This document shows positions 59,096 through 64,000 of a stretch of DNA of 64,000 nucleotides, piece by piece. The notes below the pieces were generated by a model. That model searched no databases. It saw nothing but the letters and a program-made list of their open reading frames with translations, and was not told where the DNA came from. Made by a program: the position numbers and the translations under genes. Position 1 is the first letter of the stretch. Every line of letters begins with the position of its first letter. The stretch is from Capnocytophaga stomatis (GTDB lineage Bacteria; Bacteroidota; Bacteroidia; Flavobacteriales; Flavobacteriaceae), in the NCBI RefSeq assembly GCF_045110935.1, contig NZ_JBJGWJ010000009.1. One strand, given 5' to 3'.

Positions 59096-60340
59096 TTATT
59101 TCTTGATTGGATATGGACGCATCAAAGGCGACGGATCTATTAAGTTTTCGGGGGTGAAAGACGGAGCTACTTTTTCCGAAAAGTTGATAATATCAATAAA
59201 AAGACTTCGTAGTAACACAACACTTTCAGGAGTTTTGTTGGCAATGTATGAAAACAGCTTCACGGGGCGGAAAGGCACATCACCGATGCCGTTTTTATCT
59301 AAATCGTAGCCCGTATAATCGCTCCAATAATTATTTTCAAACTTGTTATCGTGAACTTTATTGCTGTACGAAACATCAAAAGTGTTGTTTTCAAAATTAT
59401 TATGGAAAAAATTGTTCGTATAACACGCCCCACGTATGCGGATTCCCCATCCGTTTTCCGAAAATGTGTTTTCTTCGTAATCAATTCGCGTACAGCCCTC
59501 TCCGTTAATGCCAACGGTGTTCTGATGAAAGGTATTTCCGATGATTTTTGAATCGTAAATTTCTTTCAGAAGCAATCCGTAAGAGGATTTTCCCCAGTTT
59601 TTCTGGAAAATATTTTCTTTCATTTCAATGAACTTGGAAAACATCACCGCAACTCCTGCCCCATTGGCACGAAATTCATTTTTGTAATAAATGTTATTAT
59701 TCGAGAACATAAAATGCAAGCCATAACGAAGATTGTTATAACTTTTATTGCCTTTGATGGTGGATTCGGACACAAATTCAAAATAAATACCGTCACGCGA
59801 CTTTGACACATCATTATTTTCAATGGTTACACGATTGCAATACCATAAATGAATGGCATTTCCGGAATTGTACTCCTCTTTTGCTCGCCCAACGACTTGA
59901 TTTTGCTTTACAATGCCATCGTTGGACTTTTCTAAGAATATTCCGTAGTAAATATCCTCAAAGGTATTGTCCTCAATGATGAAATTATTGCTTTTTACAA
60001 GCCTGATTGCTGCATAATCCTTCGTGAAACTTTCTCCAACACCTTTAAAATGAAATCCTTTTATGACAATGTCAGAAGTTTTGGCAACAAGTATTTCTCC
60101 TTTTCGCTCTCCGTCAATAATTGGGCGATTTTTTCCTAAAATAACCAGTGGCTTATCAATGGTTAAATCGTGTACTTTATAAGTTCCCTTTTCAACAAGA
60201 ATAGTGTCATTGGGCTGAGCCATTTCAACAGCTTGTTTTAAGGTTTTTACTTGACAATTTTGGCAAACGGTAATCGTGTTTGCTTTGACAAAAAAGCCAA
60301 TTAACAGAAAGTGATATAAAAGTAATTTTTTTAGCATCAA
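59096..60340 (-). CDS. nosD: Periplasmic copper-processing beta-helix protein NosD
   Basis: 414 aa with a signal peptide. Parallel beta-helix repeats recur with Asn/Gly ladders (…NNFIIEDNTFEDIYYGIFLEKSNDGIVKQN…). It lies directly upstream of nosF. Confidence 0.85.
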   Translation of the reverse strand: MMLKKLLLYHFLLIGFFVKANTITVCQNCQVKTLKQAVEMAQPNDTILVEKGTYKVHDLTIDKPLVILGKNRPIIDGERKGEILVAKTSDIVIKGFHFKGVGESFTKDYAAIRLVKSNNFIIEDNTFEDIYYGIFLEKSNDGIVKQNQVVGRAKEEYNSGNAIHLWYCNRVTIENNDVSKSRDGIYFEFVSESTIKGNKSYNNLRYGLHFMFSNNNIYYKNEFRANGAGVAVMFSKFIEMKENIFQKNWGKSSYGLLLKEIYDSKIIGNTFHQNTVGINGEGCTRIDYEENTFSENGWGIRIRGACYTNNFFHNNFENNTFDVSYSNKVHDNKFENNYWSDYTGYDLDKNGIGDVPFRPVKLFSYIANKTPESVVLLRSLFIDIINFSEKVAPSFTPENLIDPSPLMRPYPIKK

Positions 60341-60580
60341 AAAAAGTGTTTTTTAATATGATTTTTCAGTAAAAAATATCGCAATGAAGGTGATTTGGTT
60401 TCTGATTTCTCTGTTTGATATTAAAATTTGAAAATTGTAAGAGAAATTCCATACTTTTGAAATGTCATTTTTCGGTATGAACAGAAAATATTTCTTATTT
60501 TAGACTTATATTTCATTTTATACAGAAAATTTTTCTAATTTCCCCATTGTTTTTAGTTATTTAATACTGTGACTTTGTTA

Positions 60581-60630
60581 TTTCCCCATCGGATTTACAT
60601 TTTCCCCTGTCGGATTTACATTTTCCCCCG
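60581..60630. repeat. Tandem direct repeats with C-tracts (2 x TCGGATTTACATTTTCCCC) inside the nosL-nosD intergenic gap
   Basis: 60589-60607 and 60610-60628 are identical 19-mers spaced by 2 nt. Further TTTCCCC/TTCCCCC motifs flank them. Confidence 0.55.
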
Positions 60631-60770
60631 AGCAACTTGCTTATTTTAGGCACAAAGTTAGCCATTCCCCCGAAAGGATTGGCTATTTTGTAGTAAAGTT
60701 TTCGTATTTTGGAGAGAAAGAAACCCTTTTGAAGAAAATTATTGAGTTTTTTTAGTCAAAACTGACTTAT

Positions 60771-61208
60771 TTATTCCGACTCTTCTTCCAAAAAATATTG
60801 CTTGATGGCTTCCCAATCGTATAATTTTCCGTCTTTTTCTTTGTGCATTTTCTCTGCATCGGCTTTATTTTCAAAAGCAGAAAGAAACGCTCCCATTGGG
60901 CTTGGAAGATTTTCAGAAATTAAAAAAGTAGCCTTTGTTGCATCGACCAACCTATCTTGTGACATATAATCGCAAGCCAAATAAAGTGCTACATCTTCCT
61001 TTTGGTCACGAAGCATACACTCTATGGCATCATAACGATAGGCTTTGCCTTTATTGGTTACCACTTCGGCAGCAAATTGCTTATCCACAATGGTCATTTG
61101 GCAGTAATCACACAAATGGCTTCCGTAATCGATGGGTTGTGCTTTGGGTTTACAGCTAATTACGCTTGTTATTATCCCGATGAAAATAATTATTCTTGAT
61201 ATGTTCAT
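60771..61208 (-). CDS. nosL: Copper chaperone lipoprotein NosL
   Basis: About 145 aa from MNISRIIIFIGIITSVISCKP (lipobox). NosL signatures are CDYCQMTIVDKQFAAE and …YDAIECML. The ORF track begins 17 codons earlier, at 61259. Confidence 0.8.
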   Translation of the reverse strand: MNISRIIIFIGIITSVISCKPKAQPIDYGSHLCDYCQMTIVDKQFAAEVVTNKGKAYRYDAIECMLRDQKEDVALYLACDYMSQDRLVDATKATFLISENLPSPMGAFLSAFENKADAEKMHKEKDGKLYDWEAIKQYFLEEESE

Positions 61209-61301
61209 ATTTTTAGTGTTTGAGTATTTTATTTTTGACAAAAAAATAAGTGTTGCCAATTATAGGATTATCATCAAATCAACAACACTTATTATAAAAC
61301 T

Positions 61302-61883
61302 TTAAGAGATATTCTTACGCCTGTAAACTATCATAAACGCCACGAAGGCTATAATACTTGCCAAAATCATTGCGTAAGTTCCCATATCGGGATATGATTT
61401 TGCAAGGAAATTCAACAATTGTTTTTCTCCTAAAAGCGGTGGTTGATAACTCATTCCGGGTATTTTAATTTGTGCCGTAGGGTTTAAATTATGCCCGTAA
61501 TCGTATTCCCACAAATAGAAGTCGTATATACCTAATGCCCCTAACACAATAAGTAGCAAGCTCCACACCAAATAAAGGATTTTCTTTCCTATGATGGCAA
61601 AAACAACTCCCAAAATCGCCAATCCGATGATTATATACGGAAAGTAAGTCAATTCAGGAATGCTTTCGGGAGTTATGGCTTTCATCCCGATGTAGTGATT
61701 TAGGATATTTACGTTTTGAAGCGTGAATTCGTCACTTCCTGTTATTTTGTTAATCCAAATATACATTTTTATCCCCTCAGGATACTGCGGAGCCTCCAAT
61801 GTAATGTTCCAGATAGGAAATGCAAAAAGCGACAGCATCAGCATCGAGGCGATAAACATCAGTACGCGTGATAGATTTTTCAT
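61302..61883 (-). CDS. NosB-like transmembrane protein (clade II nos cluster membrane component)
   Basis: 193 aa with four to five TM helices. It sits immediately downstream of nosZ, as in clade II nos clusters. Confidence 0.6.
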   Translation of the reverse strand: MKNLSRVLMFIASMLMLSLFAFPIWNITLEAPQYPEGIKMYIWINKITGSDEFTLQNVNILNHYIGMKAITPESIPELTYFPYIIIGLAILGVVFAIIGKKILYLVWSLLLIVLGALGIYDFYLWEYDYGHNLNPTAQIKIPGMSYQPPLLGEKQLLNFLAKSYPDMGTYAMILASIIAFVAFMIVYRRKNIS

Positions 61884-61944
61884 AACAGCTGGTTTTAAAT
61901 AAAGTAAGTACGCATTGTTACGTACTTACTTTACGGATTTGTTT

Positions 61945-63900
61945 TTATTCTTCACCTAAACTCCATTTGAGTTCAACATTCGCATTTTTGTCTGAAACAC
62001 GAATGTATCCTTGCATTTCTTGGTGCAAAGCCGAACAGAAGTCTGTACAATAGAACGGATAAATTCCCGCTTTCAGAGGCTCCCAATAAAGAGTTTCTGT
62101 TTGTCCCGGCATAACGAGCAACTCGGCATTTTGTGCACCCAATACTGAGAATCCGTGAGGAATATCCCAATCTTGCTCTAAGTTGGTTACGTGGAAGTAA
62201 ACCTTGTCACCTACTTTAATTCCTTCAATATTATCAGGAGAGAAGTGGCTACGAATCATTCCCATATACACGTGAACGATGTTTCCTTCACGAACTACTT
62301 TTGCCTCTGCGTCGCTTCTTACAACGTACGGGTGTTTATTATCTTTAAGCGGATAATATTTTACAGATTTAGGAGCTATTTTGTCAGCGTGAATACCTTG
62401 TGCATAGTGAGGCTCACCGATGGTTGGGAAATCCAACAAAAGTTGCATTTTATCTCCCGAAATATCAAACAATTGAGCTGATTGTGTAAGTTCAGGACCT
62501 GTTGGCAGATATCTGTCTTTCGTAATTTTATTCATAATCAACAGATATTTTCCGTCTGGTTTTTTGGAGTCTCCTCCCGGAATCATTAAGTGCCCCGGAG
62601 AGTAGTACACCGGCTGTCTGTCCACAATTTCCCAAGTACCTACTTTCCATTTGATAACTTCAGAAGAAATGAAAAGCGTAGTGTAAGCAAAACCTTTGTC
62701 GTCAAACTCTGTGTGAAGAGGTCCGAGCCCTGCTTCTTTCACGATTCCTCCAACTACTTCGTCCATTTTCAAGATTGGCATTCCGTAAGCCTCTCCTTCA
62801 AATTTTTTCTCTTCGATGGCTTTCAAAACTTTTGTGAAAGAGTGAACGGTCAAATCCGTAGAAAGTTTTCCGTTACCAACGATATATTCCCCTGTTGGGT
62901 CAACATCTACTCCGTGAGGAGATTTTGGTGTTGGTAGCAAATAAACCAATCCGGGGCATTCTTCAGGCGATAAAACTTTCACTTTGTTTTGTTTGGTAGA
63001 AGTCGCGATGTGTGTGTGTTCATCGTAAATGTTATGCATATAGCTTGCTTCTACCTCTTTGAACTTACCTTCTTTGATGAATTCTTCTGCTTTTTTCCAG
63101 TTTATGGCAGCGATGAAGTCTTTATCATTTTGAGAAGCCTCTACTTCCAGAAGTGTGTTAGCCTCTTCGGTGTTGTACGTTGTGAAGAACATCCAACCGT
63201 GAGAAGCTCCCTTACCGGAGTGAGCCAAATCGTAATTGAATCCTGGCATTAACACCTGAAATTCAATATTCATTCGGCCGGTTTGAGGGTCAACTTTGAT
63301 GAATGAAAGCACACCTTTGAATTTTCCTTTGTACTGATTGATAGCCACGTCTCCCTGCGGATAAGGCACTGCGAAACGAGTTCCTGCAACTATGTATTCG
63401 GTATTTTCCGTAGTAAAAGGTGAACTGTGGTTTCCGGCACTGTTCGGGATTTCGATAATCTCGGCAGTTTCAAAGGTAGATAAATCAATACGTGCGATAC
63501 GCGGCGTATTATTTCCGTTAATGAATAACCAACGTCCGTCCGTTTCTCCGTTTGTTTGAGAAAGTTCAGGGTGGTGCGAGTCGTCCCAAGGAATGAAACC
63601 GTGTGTGGTTTCCAACATTGGTTTTGTTTCCTCGTTGTAGCCGTATCCTTTTTCAGGGTCCTGAGAAAATACGGGAATCACTTTAAGCAAACGCCCGGAA
63701 GGCAAACCGTAAACGCTCACCTGTCCGCTAAATCCACCCGATAGAAAAGCATAAAACTCGTCGTGTTCACCGGGTTTTACATATACTTTTGATGCCACAT
63801 CGGTATCCAATATGCCTTGACCGTTTTTTTTGTCAGAGCCGCAAGATACTATTGCCGACAACAAAGTAACGCATCCAAAAAATTTAATTACATTTTTCAT
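61945..63900 (-). CDS. nosZ: Nitrous-oxide reductase NosZ (clade II, Sec-type lipoprotein)
   Basis: 651 aa with a signal peptide and lipobox (LLSAIVSCGSD). It has a seven-bladed propeller region and a C-terminal CuA cupredoxin motif (CTDFCSALHQEM). Confidence 0.9.
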   Translation of the reverse strand: MKNVIKFFGCVTLLSAIVSCGSDKKNGQGILDTDVASKVYVKPGEHDEFYAFLSGGFSGQVSVYGLPSGRLLKVIPVFSQDPEKGYGYNEETKPMLETTHGFIPWDDSHHPELSQTNGETDGRWLFINGNNTPRIARIDLSTFETAEIIEIPNSAGNHSSPFTTENTEYIVAGTRFAVPYPQGDVAINQYKGKFKGVLSFIKVDPQTGRMNIEFQVLMPGFNYDLAHSGKGASHGWMFFTTYNTEEANTLLEVEASQNDKDFIAAINWKKAEEFIKEGKFKEVEASYMHNIYDEHTHIATSTKQNKVKVLSPEECPGLVYLLPTPKSPHGVDVDPTGEYIVGNGKLSTDLTVHSFTKVLKAIEEKKFEGEAYGMPILKMDEVVGGIVKEAGLGPLHTEFDDKGFAYTTLFISSEVIKWKVGTWEIVDRQPVYYSPGHLMIPGGDSKKPDGKYLLIMNKITKDRYLPTGPELTQSAQLFDISGDKMQLLLDFPTIGEPHYAQGIHADKIAPKSVKYYPLKDNKHPYVVRSDAEAKVVREGNIVHVYMGMIRSHFSPDNIEGIKVGDKVYFHVTNLEQDWDIPHGFSVLGAQNAELLVMPGQTETLYWEPLKAGIYPFYCTDFCSALHQEMQGYIRVSDKNANVELKWSLGEE

Positions 63901-64000
63901 ATAGAAACTATTTAATATTAAACCTGTCTAAACTTTTTAAGAGGAAAATTAAAAGTTCCAAGAATTTTTAGCATTTTTGTTTTGCATAACAAAATGAAAA

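Noticed and set aside
1-64000. Searched for CRISPR arrays, rRNA, tRNA and transposase or integrase genes
   Set aside because: I found no regularly spaced direct repeats of 28-37 nt. No rRNA- or tRNA-like sequence and no transposase or integrase ORF was recognised in the window.

Overview
The window is a low-GC (about 33%) chromosomal segment that looks Bacteroidota/Flavobacteriia-like. Gene content (gliding-associated FKBP lipoprotein, SusC-plug-like motifs, lipoprotein clade II NosZ) supports that placement.

The core genes are a tig-clpP-clpX operon, clpB, sucD, rpe, rpoD, tsaC, a dCMP deaminase, nrnA, wza/wzz capsule export, a blaI/blaR1-like pair, a GH29 fucosidase, two GT2 enzymes, RIC, a TonB-dependent receptor, and a split YeeE/YedE pair.

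Three regions stand out:
- A tightly packed seven-gene minus-strand operon (16.3-21.3 kb) pairs the RNA ligase RtcB with the release-factor homolog PrfH and the RNA 2'-phosphotransferase KptA/Tpt1. Four uncharacterised proteins, including a multi-CxxC zinc-ribbon protein, sit among them. This looks like an expanded ribosome/RNA-repair module.
- An accessory island (about 48.6-55.6 kb) begins at a truncated DUF1016 gene. It carries a stand-alone reverse transcriptase of about 508 aa. Upstream of the RT is a roughly 320-nt non-coding region bracketed by 13/15-nt inverted repeats that abut the RT start, which is retron/DRT-like architecture.
- A clade II nitrous-oxide reductase cluster (nosZ-nosB-like-nosL-nosD-nosF-nosY plus a TlpA-like thioredoxin lipoprotein) has an unusual 430-nt internal gap with tandem C-tract repeats. 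A pair of about 70-nt direct repeats flanks the terminal tlpA-like gene.

Other observations:
- A CysK/CBS-like enzyme sits next to an alpha-oxoamine-synthase PLP enzyme across an extremely AT-rich spacer with TGTATATATACA palindromes. This may be a capnine/sphingolipid-type pair.
- Three small cytoplasmic proteins form a candidate immunity-like array.
- A BlaR1 homolog has a duplicated SusC-plug-like C-terminal motif.
- Several strong hairpins and terminators are listed.

I found no rRNA, tRNA, CRISPR array or transposase.
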